This document shows positions 46,337 to 56,192 of a stretch of DNA of 64,000 nucleotides, one piece after another. Under the pieces are notes generated by a model that saw only the letters and a list, made by a program, of their open reading frames with translations, was not told the DNA's origin and did not search any database. The translations under genes and the position numbers were made by a program. The DNA comes from Candidatus Micrarchaeia archaeon (GTDB taxonomy: Archaea; Micrarchaeota; Micrarchaeia; Micrarchaeales; CABMGC01), in the NCBI GenBank assembly GCA_049966395.1, contig JBMFUT010000001.1:32779-96778 (forward strand), written 5' to 3'. Every line of letters begins with the position of its first letter. Positions within the stretch are counted from its first letter, which is position 1.

Positions 46337-47395
46337 TTGGCCGTAGACATAAGCAAGCTTGTTTCAGAAGTAAAGGAAAGCATAGAGCTGCAGCAACTTT
46401 CAGGTAAGAGGATAGCCATAGACGCCTACAACACCATATATCAATTCCTTTCTATAATAAGACAGCCAGACGGCACACCACTCGTAGACAGCAAAAACAG
46501 GGTCACGAGCCATCTTAGCGGCCTTTTTTACAGGACCATAAGCATGATGCAGAATGGCATAACTCCGATATACGTTTTTGACGGAACTCCTCCTCCGCTC
46601 AAAGCCAAGACGATAGAAGCCCGGATGAACAGGCGCGAGGAAGCCTACAAGGAGTGGCAGAAGGCAAAGGCAAAGGGGATGGAGGAGGAAGCAAGAGTGC
46701 ATGCAATGGCAAGCACAAGGATAAACAAGGAGATAGTGGAGAGCTCAAAAGAGCTTCTGCGGCTCATGGGCGTCGCTTACATACAGGCGCCGAGCGAGGG
46801 CGAGGCGCAGGCCGCTAGAATGGTGCAAGAAGGTCTTGCCTACGCCGCCGCGAGCCAGGACTACGACCTATTTCTTTTTGGCGCAGAGCGGGTTGTCAGG
46901 AACCTGACGATAACAGGCAGGAGAAAACTGCCAAGGAAGAACGTTTACATAGAAGTGCAGCCAGAGCTCGCGCTACTGAGCAAGCTGCTGGAGAAGCTGC
47001 AGATAACGAGGCGCCAGCTCGTGTGGCTGGGCATGCTCATAGGCACGGACTTCAACGAGGGCATAAAAGGAGTTGGCCCAATGACCGCGCTCAAAATAGC
47101 AAAAAGCAGCAATTCCCTTGACGAGGTTTCATCCACAGTGAAATCCAAGTACGGCGTGGACCTTGGCAATGATGCGCACGAGGTTGAGGAAATATTCATG
47201 AATCCCGACACGTCTGAAATTGACAAGGCAAAGATGTCCTCTGCAATAAAGGATTCTAAGCCTGACAAGAGGATGCTAATAAAATTCATGTGCGACGAGC
47301 ACGGTTTTTCTGAGGAGCGGATATCAAAGTTCGCAGATCTCTTGCTTTCAATAAGAAGCGCAGCTGGGCAAAAAGGAATATCCGACTGGTTCTAG
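46337..47395 (+). CDS. fen: Flap endonuclease 1
   Basis: AIDAYN, TSHLSG, APSEGEAQAA, SQDYD, GTDFN, PIP box QKGISDWF. Confidence 0.97.
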   Translation: MAVDISKLVSEVKESIELQQLSGKRIAIDAYNTIYQFLSIIRQPDGTPLVDSKNRVTSHLSGLFYRTISMMQNGITPIYVFDGTPPPLKAKTIEARMNRREEAYKEWQKAKAKGMEEEARVHAMASTRINKEIVESSKELLRLMGVAYIQAPSEGEAQAARMVQEGLAYAAASQDYDLFLFGAERVVRNLTITGRRKLPRKNVYIEVQPELALLSKLLEKLQITRRQLVWLGMLIGTDFNEGIKGVGPMTALKIAKSSNSLDEVSSTVKSKYGVDLGNDAHEVEEIFMNPDTSEIDKAKMSSAIKDSKPDKRMLIKFMCDEHGFSEERISKFADLLLSIRSAAGQKGISDWF

Positions 47396-47447
47396 AATTG
47401 CATCTGCAGCAACAGCTGCTGTAGAATGAAGATGAATATAATTAAGA

Positions 47448-47546
47448 TGGACTCCGCGGGAAATTCGTGCCTTCGTATGCGGAGGCGTTTCGAACCCGCA
47501 ACCTTCTGCATGCCATGCAGACGCGCTACCGTTGCGCTAGGAGCCC
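47448..47546 (-). tRNA. tRNA-Ala(GGC) with a 27-nt intron in the T-loop at position 59/60 (intron 47462-47488)
   Basis: GGGCTCC...TCTGC AT GGC AT GCAGA AGGTT GCGGG TTCGAA[ACGCCTCCGCATACGAAGGCACGAATT]T CCCGC GGAGTCC A; G3-U70; BHB central helix TTCG/CGAA. Confidence 0.93.
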
Positions 47547-47553
47547 ACCGCCA

Positions 47554-47781
47554 TCACACTGGGGATATGAAAAGTATGTTGCCTCCCCTGAGCAGTATGG
47601 TGCCAAGCTTGGCCTTTACGTTGTTGTTATCGTCAAGCTCTTCCGCGCCGTCAAGCACCATGTTCATGTGCACGTCGAAAGACGTCGCCCTTCCGCGTAT
47701 TTCTACGCCGTTCTTCAGCCTTATCAGCACCTGCTGCCCTATTGCCTTGTTCAGCAGATCAAATGGTCTTTCCTGAGTCAT
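47554..47781 (-). CDS. Sm-like (Lsm/SmAP) RNA-binding protein
   Basis: RPFDLL, FDVHMNMVL, ILLRGGNILFISP. Confidence 0.95.
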   Translation of the reverse strand: MTQERPFDLLNKAIGQQVLIRLKNGVEIRGRATSFDVHMNMVLDGAEELDDNNNVKAKLGTILLRGGNILFISPV

Positions 47782-47796
47782 TTATTTCACCAAAAA

Positions 47797-48840
47797 TTAT
47801 TTCTTCTTTGCTATTTTTGCCAAGTCCTCCTTCCTGACTGCGAGCCTCACCTTGCCTGTGCCTATGCCTATCTGCTTGCCTATGAGCACGCTTTCGGTAA
47901 CCCCTTTCATGAAGTCATACTCCCCGAATGCCGCGGCATTGATCAGGTGCTTTACAGTTTCCTCGTATGAAGCCCTTGCGAAAACTGATTCCTTATCACC
48001 TGTAAGACCATGCCTACCCACGCTTTCCACTATGCCGTTGATGCACATAGCGTCTGCAAGCAGCTGCAAGTGCCTCTGGTCTATAGTTATTCCCTGGTCG
48101 GATATCAGCGTCGCAAGCTCCCTGACAAGAGTATTCCTTGCAGCCTCTATTCCGAACGTCCTGTACATCTCGAAAACATCGTTAGTGTATATCCTGTAAT
48201 TGTCAACGCCCTCCACCTTCATGATGCCCTCCAGATTGTCTCCTGCAGAGATTATGTAGTACTCGCCGTTTTTATCCTGTTGCAGCGTGGCCCTGCTAGC
48301 CCCAGGCGTGCCACTTATCGTAAGCCCCTCTGCTTTTACCTTGAGGCTCCTCACCTCCTTGACATTCTTGGTGTGCGCGAGTATTTTCAATATGCCGTTT
48401 TCAACGCCGGCATCCTTTTCTAGGAGCTTGCCGACTTTTGCCGCGACTTCCTTGGGCGTAAGGTCGTTTGCTTCAAGCGCCTGCATGTCAAGCTTGAAAA
48501 GTATCTCGCCTTTTGAAAAGTTTTCAATCCCCCTTTTGACGACGTCTGAAAGCTTTACTTCGCTTATTTTTTTGAGTATATCATTTGCCTTTTCAAAATT
48601 GTTCTTTATGCTGTCCTCAAGGTAAATGTACACCATCGGAGCCGAGGGCCTTTTCCTGGCGTCTGCAAGCTCCACAAGCCTCGGCAGGCCTGAAGTAGCC
48701 ATTGCAGAAGCTATGCCTGCAAGGTGGAACGATCTAAGAATCATTTGCGTGCCTGGCTCGCCTATTGACTGCGCCGCTACCACGCCAACAGGCTCACCGT
48801 AGTTCGCGCTATACTTCTTGTATGGGTCTTTCTTTTCCAT
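47797..48840 (-). CDS. rpoA2: RNA polymerase subunit A''
   Basis: [41 protein letters not shown]. Confidence 0.96.
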   Translation of the reverse strand: MEKKDPYKKYSANYGEPVGVVAAQSIGEPGTQMILRSFHLAGIASAMATSGLPRLVELADARKRPSAPMVYIYLEDSIKNNFEKANDILKKISEVKLSDVVKRGIENFSKGEILFKLDMQALEANDLTPKEVAAKVGKLLEKDAGVENGILKILAHTKNVKEVRSLKVKAEGLTISGTPGASRATLQQDKNGEYYIISAGDNLEGIMKVEGVDNYRIYTNDVFEMYRTFGIEAARNTLVRELATLISDQGITIDQRHLQLLADAMCINGIVESVGRHGLTGDKESVFARASYEETVKHLINAAAFGEYDFMKGVTESVLIGKQIGIGTGKVRLAVRKEDLAKIAKKK

Positions 48841-48845
48841 GCCAA

Positions 48846-51434
48846 TCACTCTTCTTCTACTTTGGCCAGCTTCACGTTTATCGCATCGAGGCCATCTCCT
48901 CCGTAGAGCGTCTGGACGAGCCTGCCGTGGACGTCTCTGACACTCAGGTCCTCTTCAACGTAATAGTCTTGCAATGCGTTTATGAGCCTCCTCTGCAGGT
49001 AGCCGCTCCTCGCCGTGAGCAGCGCCTTGTAGACCTCAGATCCTCTCGAACCTATTGCGTGCATGAAGAGCTCTATAGGGTCTAGCCCTATGTAGTAGTT
49101 CGCCTTTATGAATCCCCTTGCGCCAGGCGAAATGTCTCCCGGGGTTATCAGCGGCAGCACTCTTCTGCTATAGTATCCCCTCTTTATCCTTCCTCCAGTA
49201 AGCGTCGATTGCTGCCCAAGGAAGATGCTTGTCTGCACTATGTTCAGGGTGCTTCCCTTCGCGCCTGCCCTTCCTGTTATGAGCCCAGCGTTGTTAGTAG
49301 GCTTAAGGTGCTGCAGTATCATTGTTCCGGCTTCGGTCCTGGCTCTGTCAAGCTCGGCTATTATGAGTCTTTCGAGCGATTCCTTCAAAGTGTAGCCGAC
49401 AAGCGGCTCAAGCTTCTTTGTTTTGTATTGCTCAATGAGCTTCGCGACCTTTTCGAAAGTCTCGTTTATCATTCTTTTTCTCTCCTCTGCAATATCCTCT
49501 GTGATGCTGTAGTCCTTGACGCCAATCGAGAGGCCGAACATGCTAAGATAAGCGAAAGAAATTTTAGAGGACTTGCTTATGAAGTCCTTCAGCGCCTCGT
49601 TTCCGTACCTTGCGCTTATGACAGTGTAGAGCTTGTTAGACCTGCCGAAGAACTCCTTTGATATGGTGCCCTCTACTATCTTGCCATTGTGTATTTTTAC
49701 CATACCGTGCTTCGTCTTTATATCTACGCTAAGATCCTTTGGCAGCAGCATCGAAAGCACGTCCTTGCCGCTGTACATTCCCTTTGCATCAGGCTTAGGC
49801 AGCTCGTATACTCCAGCAAGGCCAAGCAGGTATGACGCTTCATCTTCTGTGAGCTTTGTTTCGTCCATTGTGAGCAGATACGCTCCAGTGACACCGTCCT
49901 CTCCTGTGGTTATTATGGGTTCGCCATCCCTCGGGGAAAACACCTGATCCTGCACCTCCATCAGGTAGCGCGCTTCAGCCTGCGCTTCCAGGCTTTGCGG
50001 TATGTGGAGGTTCATTTCGTCTCCGTCAAAGTCGGCGTTGTATGGCGTTGTGGCAGCAAAGTTGACCCTAAATGTGCGCCCTTTTGTTATCTTGACCCTG
50101 TGCCCCATCATAGATATCCTGTGCAGCGAAGGCTGCCTGTTGAATATTGCTATGTCGCCGTCAACAATCTGCCTTTCTATTATGTCGCCCACCTGAAGCG
50201 CCGCGACCAGCTCCTCCCTGTTGGCGTCCGCAATCCTCTTCCTTCTCCCGTCCTTTGATATGACATTGAGAGCCATCGGATATTCTGTGCGCTTGAGAAG
50301 CTCTTTCGCCTCTTCTATGTTCCAAGCTGTAACATAAAAAGGCACTGTGAGCTTCTTGGCTATCTCTACCGGCACTCCAACCTCGTCGATGTCTATGTAC
50401 GGATCTACAGATATAACAGTTCTCGCTGAATAGTTGACCCTCTTTCCGCTAAGGTTGTATCTGAATCTTCCTTCCTTTCCCTTGAGCCTTTGGGCAAGCG
50501 TCTTCAGGGCCCTTCCGCTCCTATGTCTTGCGGGAGGTATGCCTGCTGTCTCGTTGTTGAAGTATGTAGTTACATTGTACTGCAGCAGCTCCCAGAGGTC
50601 GTCTATGATTATCTGCGGCGCGCCCGCATTTATGTTCTGCTCGAGGCGCTGGTTTATCCTCATTATGTCAACAAGCTTGTGTGTCAGATCGTCCTCGCTC
50701 CTCTCTCCAGACTCGAGCGTTATAGAAGGCCTAACGTTGACAGGAGGAACCAGAAGCGCCGACAGAACAAGCCATTCCGGCCTGCTTGTGGTCGGATCTA
50801 TGCCAAGAAGCCTAAGGTCGTCGTCGCTGATTTTAGAGAGCATGTCCCTAAGCTCGTCTGGCTTTATCCTCTTGTCCCCTATGTAGAAATATGTGGGCCT
50901 TTCAAACTTGACCTTGTTTTGGGCAGCGCCGCAGTGTGGGCACTTCTTTATGTTCTTGAGCTTCTTGTAAAGTCCCTGCTCCACTTCCAGCTTGACGCCG
51001 TGCGTCGCCCCGTTGTTGTTCTCTTCAGCCTGCCTCTCGTTTGTCACAGTTGCTTCTTCTTCAACTACTATCTCTCTCTTTATGTGCTCCTTGAGGTCGT
51101 CTATCTGCTCTCCGCTGAGGAGTATTCTGTGGCAGCTTTGGCATGTTGATTGAAGAAGCATATATATGAACTTCGAGAATTCGGAGTGCACCACTGGTCT
51201 TACTAGTTCTATGTGGCCAAAGTGCCCCGGGCAGACTTTCACCCTTGCGCCGCAGGTCTTGCAAATGAGTCCTGGGTCGGTAACCCCGAGCCTCTGGTCG
51301 AGAAGCCCGCCGTCTATCGGGTAGCCGTCCTCATTGTATGTGTCTGGCACTGTGAGCTTGGCAACGCTGAGCTTCCTTATCTGCTCTGGAGAAAGTATGC
51401 CGAACTTTATGTAGTCTACGAATTCCGCTTGCAT
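48846..51434 (-). CDS. rpoA1: RNA polymerase subunit A'
   Basis: [46 protein letters not shown]. Confidence 0.98.
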   Translation of the reverse strand: MQAEFVDYIKFGILSPEQIRKLSVAKLTVPDTYNEDGYPIDGGLLDQRLGVTDPGLICKTCGARVKVCPGHFGHIELVRPVVHSEFSKFIYMLLQSTCQSCHRILLSGEQIDDLKEHIKREIVVEEEATVTNERQAEENNNGATHGVKLEVEQGLYKKLKNIKKCPHCGAAQNKVKFERPTYFYIGDKRIKPDELRDMLSKISDDDLRLLGIDPTTSRPEWLVLSALLVPPVNVRPSITLESGERSEDDLTHKLVDIMRINQRLEQNINAGAPQIIIDDLWELLQYNVTTYFNNETAGIPPARHRSGRALKTLAQRLKGKEGRFRYNLSGKRVNYSARTVISVDPYIDIDEVGVPVEIAKKLTVPFYVTAWNIEEAKELLKRTEYPMALNVISKDGRRKRIADANREELVAALQVGDIIERQIVDGDIAIFNRQPSLHRISMMGHRVKITKGRTFRVNFAATTPYNADFDGDEMNLHIPQSLEAQAEARYLMEVQDQVFSPRDGEPIITTGEDGVTGAYLLTMDETKLTEDEASYLLGLAGVYELPKPDAKGMYSGKDVLSMLLPKDLSVDIKTKHGMVKIHNGKIVEGTISKEFFGRSNKLYTVISARYGNEALKDFISKSSKISFAYLSMFGLSIGVKDYSITEDIAEERKRMINETFEKVAKLIEQYKTKKLEPLVGYTLKESLERLIIAELDRARTEAGTMILQHLKPTNNAGLITGRAGAKGSTLNIVQTSIFLGQQSTLTGGRIKRGYYSRRVLPLITPGDISPGARGFIKANYYIGLDPIELFMHAIGSRGSEVYKALLTARSGYLQRRLINALQDYYVEEDLSVRDVHGRLVQTLYGGDGLDAINVKLAKVEEE

Positions 51435-51438
51435 AATA

Positions 51439-53265
51439 TCATTCCTTCAAAGAAACCCTTGACAGCACGTGCATAGACCTTATCTCGTCTAGCAGCAGCT
51501 TGAAGGCGTAGCTTATCTCTACCTCTTCCAGGTTGTTGCCTCTGCACATAGGGCATATTGCCACTTTCTTTATGTAATCGTAATAGCCTATGCTTCCGCA
51601 GTCCTTGCAAATCCAGACGCTCGCCTTGTCGCTTTGCTCAAGAAGTCTTTCCTTGAGAAGCAGGCTGGCTCCGTATCCTACCAGCGCGTCCCTTTCCATT
51701 TCGCCGAACCTTATTCCTCCCTGCCTTGCTTTTCCTTCGGTAGGCTGCTTTGTGAGTATCTGCACAGGTCCGCGGCTTCTTACCTGAAGCTTGTTGCTGA
51801 CCATGTGGTAAAGCCTGTTGTAGTATACAACTCCCACGAACAGCTTCGCCTTGAAAGGCCTGCCAGTTATGCCGTCATAGAAAGTTTCCTCGCCAGTTTT
51901 CTCGAAGCCGTGGTCTTCCAATATCTTTCCGTACTCTGCTATTCTGTCAACACCGCGCTCAGCAAATGCGGTGCCGTCTACGCTCTTGCCAGAGAGGCTT
52001 CCCGCCTTGCCCGCGAGCTCTTCAAGAAGGTGGCCGAATGTCATTCTTCCAGGTATTCCGTGCGGGTTAAGCAGCAAGTCTGGCACTATGCCCTGCTCTG
52101 TGAATGGCATGTCCTCCTCAGGCACTATGAGCGCAGCAACGCCCTTTTGGCCGTGCCTGCTTGCGAACTTGTCCCCAACCTCAGGGATCCTTATTGACCT
52201 TATTCTTACTTTGACTATCTTTGTAGCACCGGTCGACTGGGTAAATATTACGCTGTCAACAGTACCTTGCTCTCCGCCCTTGAGGTATGTGGAGTCGTCC
52301 CTGAGCCTTTCCTCAAGGCCGCTGATGCCGATGTGCTCTTCCAGGAATCTCGGCGGCGCCACCTTTCCTATGACAACGTCGCCCTCTTCTACCTGCTCTT
52401 CTGTCTCGACTATGCCGTCGTCGCTGAGTTTTGAATATGAATGCTCTCCGAGGTAGCCCTCAGTGGTCGGAGGCGGGACCTTGAAGACGTCCTTCTGCCC
52501 TCCCGGGTATCTTCTTTCCTCGTCGGAATAAGTCTTGTAGAACATGCTTCTTCCAAGTCCCCTGTCTACCGCAGCCTTGTTGAGCACCACTGCGTCGGCC
52601 ATGTTGTAGCCGTAGTATGACGACAGCGCCACAATAAAGTTCTGGCCGCTAGGATGGCGCTCCAAGCCAAGCATGTCATATGCTGCCGTTGAAACAATGG
52701 GCTTCTGAGGATAGTATAGCACATACGCCCTGGAGTCGAAGCGCTGGTTGAAATTAGATGCAAAAAGCCCCTCGCTCTGCTTGGTGAAGTTTGCGAGCAT
52801 CGCGTGCCTCGCGAGGCTGTTGTGCTCTGGGAACGGGCTCACGTTTATAGTCAGACCGAAAATAGAAACAGGGTCCACCTCAAGATGGGTAGTCTTGTCT
52901 GTAATCTCTTTTTCTGTAAGCGCAACAGAGATGTTCTCTTCTTCTTCTGCATCGAGATACTCTATTATTCCCCTTCTTGTAAGATACCCGAAGTCTATCT
53001 CCTTGTCTTTGAGCTTTTGGAGCAACTCGCTTGTGAGCTTAGACTTGCCGTTTTCAACTATTATGTACGGTTTCCTTATCCTTCCGCTGTCGGTGTTGAT
53101 GCGCACCTCGTTGAGCTTCTCTAGAAACGCCACGTTCACTTCTCCTGATATTACTCCCTTCCTCCTGTTTTCTCTTACCTCTTCAGCAAAAGCTTTGCCG
53201 TCCTCAACGTAGCCTATTATCCTCCCGTTTAAATGAACATAACACTTGCTGCTAGTCTTCGCCAA
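51439..53265 (-). CDS. rpoB1: RNA polymerase subunit B' (C-terminal half)
   Basis: GDKFASRHGQKG, RMTFG, QPTEGK..GGIRFGEMERD, zinc finger; TTG start with RBS. Confidence 0.97.
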   Translation of the reverse strand: MAKTSSKCYVHLNGRIIGYVEDGKAFAEEVRENRRKGVISGEVNVAFLEKLNEVRINTDSGRIRKPYIIVENGKSKLTSELLQKLKDKEIDFGYLTRRGIIEYLDAEEEENISVALTEKEITDKTTHLEVDPVSIFGLTINVSPFPEHNSLARHAMLANFTKQSEGLFASNFNQRFDSRAYVLYYPQKPIVSTAAYDMLGLERHPSGQNFIVALSSYYGYNMADAVVLNKAAVDRGLGRSMFYKTYSDEERRYPGGQKDVFKVPPPTTEGYLGEHSYSKLSDDGIVETEEQVEEGDVVIGKVAPPRFLEEHIGISGLEERLRDDSTYLKGGEQGTVDSVIFTQSTGATKIVKVRIRSIRIPEVGDKFASRHGQKGVAALIVPEEDMPFTEQGIVPDLLLNPHGIPGRMTFGHLLEELAGKAGSLSGKSVDGTAFAERGVDRIAEYGKILEDHGFEKTGEETFYDGITGRPFKAKLFVGVVYYNRLYHMVSNKLQVRSRGPVQILTKQPTEGKARQGGIRFGEMERDALVGYGASLLLKERLLEQSDKASVWICKDCGSIGYYDYIKKVAICPMCRGNNLEEVEISYAFKLLLDEIRSMHVLSRVSLKE

Positions 53266-53273
53266 TACAACAC

Positions 53274-54746
53274 CTATTCTGATTTCAACTTTCCGGATTC
53301 CTTGAGCTTGGAGGTAAGCATCTGCTCGTCTGCGCCTATTGTGACCTTTGACATTATGGCAAGATATTTTGTGAGGCCGACCTCCTGTCCTTCAGGCGTT
53401 TCAGAAGGGCATATTTTGCCCCACTGCGTGCCGTGGACATCCCTTGCCCTGAAGTGCGGGTGCTTCTTGGCAAGAGGCGATTTTACCCTCCTCAAATGGG
53501 TTATGGTGCTTATGAGGTTTGTCCTGTCAAGCACCTGCGAAACTCCTGTCTGCCCAGCAACCCACGTGCCGGTGCCCATTGCGTAAAGCATCTTTTCTGT
53601 CAGCGTGTCAGGGCTTATTATGGTTTGTATGTTGAGCTTCCTTCCCCTTGCGCTCGTCCTTTCTATCTGGTACTTGACATCCTTGACAAAGAATTTTAGC
53701 GCGTATGCAAAAAGGTCTTCCATCAGGTCTCCGGCAAGCTTGACTCTCTTGTTGGCATAGTGATCTTTGTCGTCCTGGTTGACATATCTGTTTGCGACAA
53801 GCGACGCCTTCTTTGCCATTTCTATGAGATAGCGCGCCTTTTCCTTCCTGGATTCCGGCGTGATACCTATGTGCGGGAGCAAGTATGCGTCGATCTGCGT
53901 CTCGACCCTCTTCTGCTGGTATTCCTTGGCCTGGCCAGGCGCAAATCCCTTGCCGAGCTCCGCAAGCGCATCGCTTGGGAGCATGTCCTTTGCCTTGCTG
54001 TATTCTATGTTGAGAAGCATGTCGTTCTTTGCCGCGACGTTGTCTGAAACGATGTCGACTATTTCCTTCATCTGCATGCCGAGCATCCTGAGCAGCATTA
54101 TGAACTCAACGTTCTTTGGCGCTGTGGGGAAATTTATCTCGAATATTCCATGCTGGTTGCGCGTCACAGCGCATCTCGCCCTGAAGCTTGGTGTTGTTGA
54201 AAATACCTTGCTTACCACTTGCGTGTTGCCCTTTTCCCTAGTGGTCATTATCCTGTTTGGCGCAAGGTCCTCAAGCCCTATGACAACCCTCTCGGTGCCT
54301 TTTACTATGAAATAGCCTCCAGGATCATCTGGGTCTTCCCCGTTTTCTGCAAGCTGGCTCCTAGCCATTATCTTAGTGTTGCAGGCATTGCTCTTTACCA
54401 TTATAGGCATTTCCCCGACGAAAACCTCGCCATAGGCTTCAGGCTTCTCTATGCCCCTTATTACTGGCACTAGCTCAAGGAATATTGGCGCAGCATAAGT
54501 GAGATTCCTCAACCTCGCCTCGTTAGGCAGTATGCTCCTCCTGGAGCTGTCAGCCTCTATGATGGAAGGTTTGTCGACCCTTATCTTGCCGAACTTTATT
54601 GAGAATCCTTCTACATTCGGCTGTATGGTGCCCTGCCTGTCTATGACGCGCTGCATTCCAAAATCGAGGAATTTGTTGAAGCTTTCTATCTGCTGTTGCA
54701 CTATGGGCGTCGTGCTCAGGTAAGCCTTCAATAGATCGCTTGTCAT
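53274..54746 (-). CDS. rpoB2: RNA polymerase subunit B'' (N-terminal half)
   Basis: PNEARLRNLTYAAP, DPGGYFIV, DKDHYANKR, CPSETPEG. Confidence 0.97.
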   Translation of the reverse strand: MTSDLLKAYLSTTPIVQQQIESFNKFLDFGMQRVIDRQGTIQPNVEGFSIKFGKIRVDKPSIIEADSSRRSILPNEARLRNLTYAAPIFLELVPVIRGIEKPEAYGEVFVGEMPIMVKSNACNTKIMARSQLAENGEDPDDPGGYFIVKGTERVVIGLEDLAPNRIMTTREKGNTQVVSKVFSTTPSFRARCAVTRNQHGIFEINFPTAPKNVEFIMLLRMLGMQMKEIVDIVSDNVAAKNDMLLNIEYSKAKDMLPSDALAELGKGFAPGQAKEYQQKRVETQIDAYLLPHIGITPESRKEKARYLIEMAKKASLVANRYVNQDDKDHYANKRVKLAGDLMEDLFAYALKFFVKDVKYQIERTSARGRKLNIQTIISPDTLTEKMLYAMGTGTWVAGQTGVSQVLDRTNLISTITHLRRVKSPLAKKHPHFRARDVHGTQWGKICPSETPEGQEVGLTKYLAIMSKVTIGADEQMLTSKLKESGKLKSE

Positions 54747-54757
54747 TTAACAACCTG

Positions 54758-54979
54758 CTATACGACATGCCTGTAATAATAGTAGCCCTTTCCTTCCTCT
54801 CTCTTTATCCTTATTATCTGTCCTGGCTTTGCCCCCAGTTTTTTGGCTTGGGGATCGTCAGCCAGAATCTTGGGCAGCCTCTCCGGAGCTATCTTTAGCT
54901 CTTTCAAAACCTTGCTTGCCTCGGCATCGCTGAGCAGCTCATGTATAGGTACAAGCTCGTGTTCTTTTCTAGCGCTCAA
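54758..54979 (-). CDS. rpoH: RNA polymerase subunit H (Rpo5)
   Basis: [33 protein letters not shown] before TTG 54979. Confidence 0.95.
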   Translation of the reverse strand: MSARKEHELVPIHELLSDAEASKVLKELKIAPERLPKILADDPQAKKLGAKPGQIIRIKREEGKGYYYYRHVV

Positions 54980-55117
54980 CAATACACCTAAAAGAAGCAT
55001 TTACTCTGGCAACCCTACTTGTAGGCCCGGCATGTAAGTATTTTTATGCATGAAAAGAATTATAAACATTTTTATTTTGATGCTCACCGCCACTATTTGC
55101 AATATCCGGCTGCCGCG

Positions 55118-55686
55118 TCAAGGCGGCGAGCCGAGGTGCACGTAAATGCCGCTGTATCCTATGAAGAGCGCCACGAGCGCCACAAGCAGCAGCAGCACGA
55201 ACATCAGGTAGTACGCGCCCTTTCCGTTCTTCTTCGGGTTTGCATATATCAGCGGCGAGAGTATGCCCGAAACAGCACTCAGCACGTAGAGGCTGAATGC
55301 GGGTATGAAATATTTACCACTCTCCATGTTGTATGCGGCAATGCCCGCGGCATCGACTGCGAGGTATATCCCTAGGAACAACCCGAGGAACGAAAGCACT
55401 CTGAAGTCAATGCCCTTGTAAAGCATGTAAGAAGCTGCCGTCATTATCAAGCCCAAGAAGAGCATAGGCTCCCCAAAGAGCAGATTGTAACCAAGCGGCA
55501 GCGGCATTGGCCATGTAAAAGCCATGAAGAAGCCGCTTACTGCATCGAAAGCACCGAGGACGAAGCCAGGCACAGCAAGCGTGCCTAAGTCCTTCCTCCC
55601 CATTGCAGGAAAAGGAAATACAGCGATATCAAGAATGCGCTGCTTCCAAGTGCGAGCAGCATCACAGTAAGAGGGTCTACGAACAC
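55118..55686 (-). pseudogene. DUF981-like membrane protein, frameshifted near 55605-55615 (pseudogene or sequencing error)
   Basis: GGTGA RBS plus GTG 55686 gives MFVDPLTVMLL..., which is out of frame (83 nt) with the ORF carrying TWPMPLPLGYNLLFGEP. Confidence 0.65.
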
Positions 55687-55772
55687 CTAATCACCAGTAA
55701 CTACTATGCAAAATGCTAAAAATTTTGCCACGCCAGCGCAGAATATATATCTGTTTGCGCCAAATCTCAATC

Positions 55773-56186
55773 ATGAGATTTTTGGCATGGCATGTTGATT
55801 ATTTCAAGGCGCAGCCAGCGGATTCCGGAAGGTCTTCAATAATAGAAGAAGCCCAGCCGGTATCGGTAGAAGAGTCGCTGCTCGTTTTCGCTAGCTTCGA
55901 GAAGGGCGACGAGCAGAAAGAAATCGACATAACAGACAGGGCCGCACTAGAAATACAGCGCATAGCTGCGCAGCTCGGCGTTTCATCGATAGTGCTCAAC
56001 CCGTTTGCCCATCTATTCGGCGAACTAGCGAGCCCCGAAGCCGCGAGGAGCATGCTTGACATGCTCTACAAAAAGCTAAGCGACAGGAATTTCAAAGTTT
56101 ACAAGCTTGCATTCGGAAAGTTCTACGAGATAGAGCTGAAGGCAAAGGGCCACAAGCTTGCGAGGATAGCGAGGAGCATAAGCTAG
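55773..56186 (+). CDS. Stand-alone archaeal threonyl-tRNA synthetase editing domain
   Basis: MRFLAWHVDYF...FEKGDE...NPFAHL..LASP...FGKFYEIELKAKGHKLA. Confidence 0.88.
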   Translation: MRFLAWHVDYFKAQPADSGRSSIIEEAQPVSVEESLLVFASFEKGDEQKEIDITDRAALEIQRIAAQLGVSSIVLNPFAHLFGELASPEAARSMLDMLYKKLSDRNFKVYKLAFGKFYEIELKAKGHKLARIARSIS

Positions 56187-56192
56187 GGCTCT

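Noticed and set aside
6260..51434. Inteins in gyrA/gyrB, radA, nrdJ, polB, lhr or rpoA'
   Set aside because: Lengths are normal and the catalytic motifs are uninterrupted.
51439..54746. Split rpoB as a gene disruption
   Set aside because: The B''/B' split is a normal state in many archaea, and the second part has its own RBS and TTG start.
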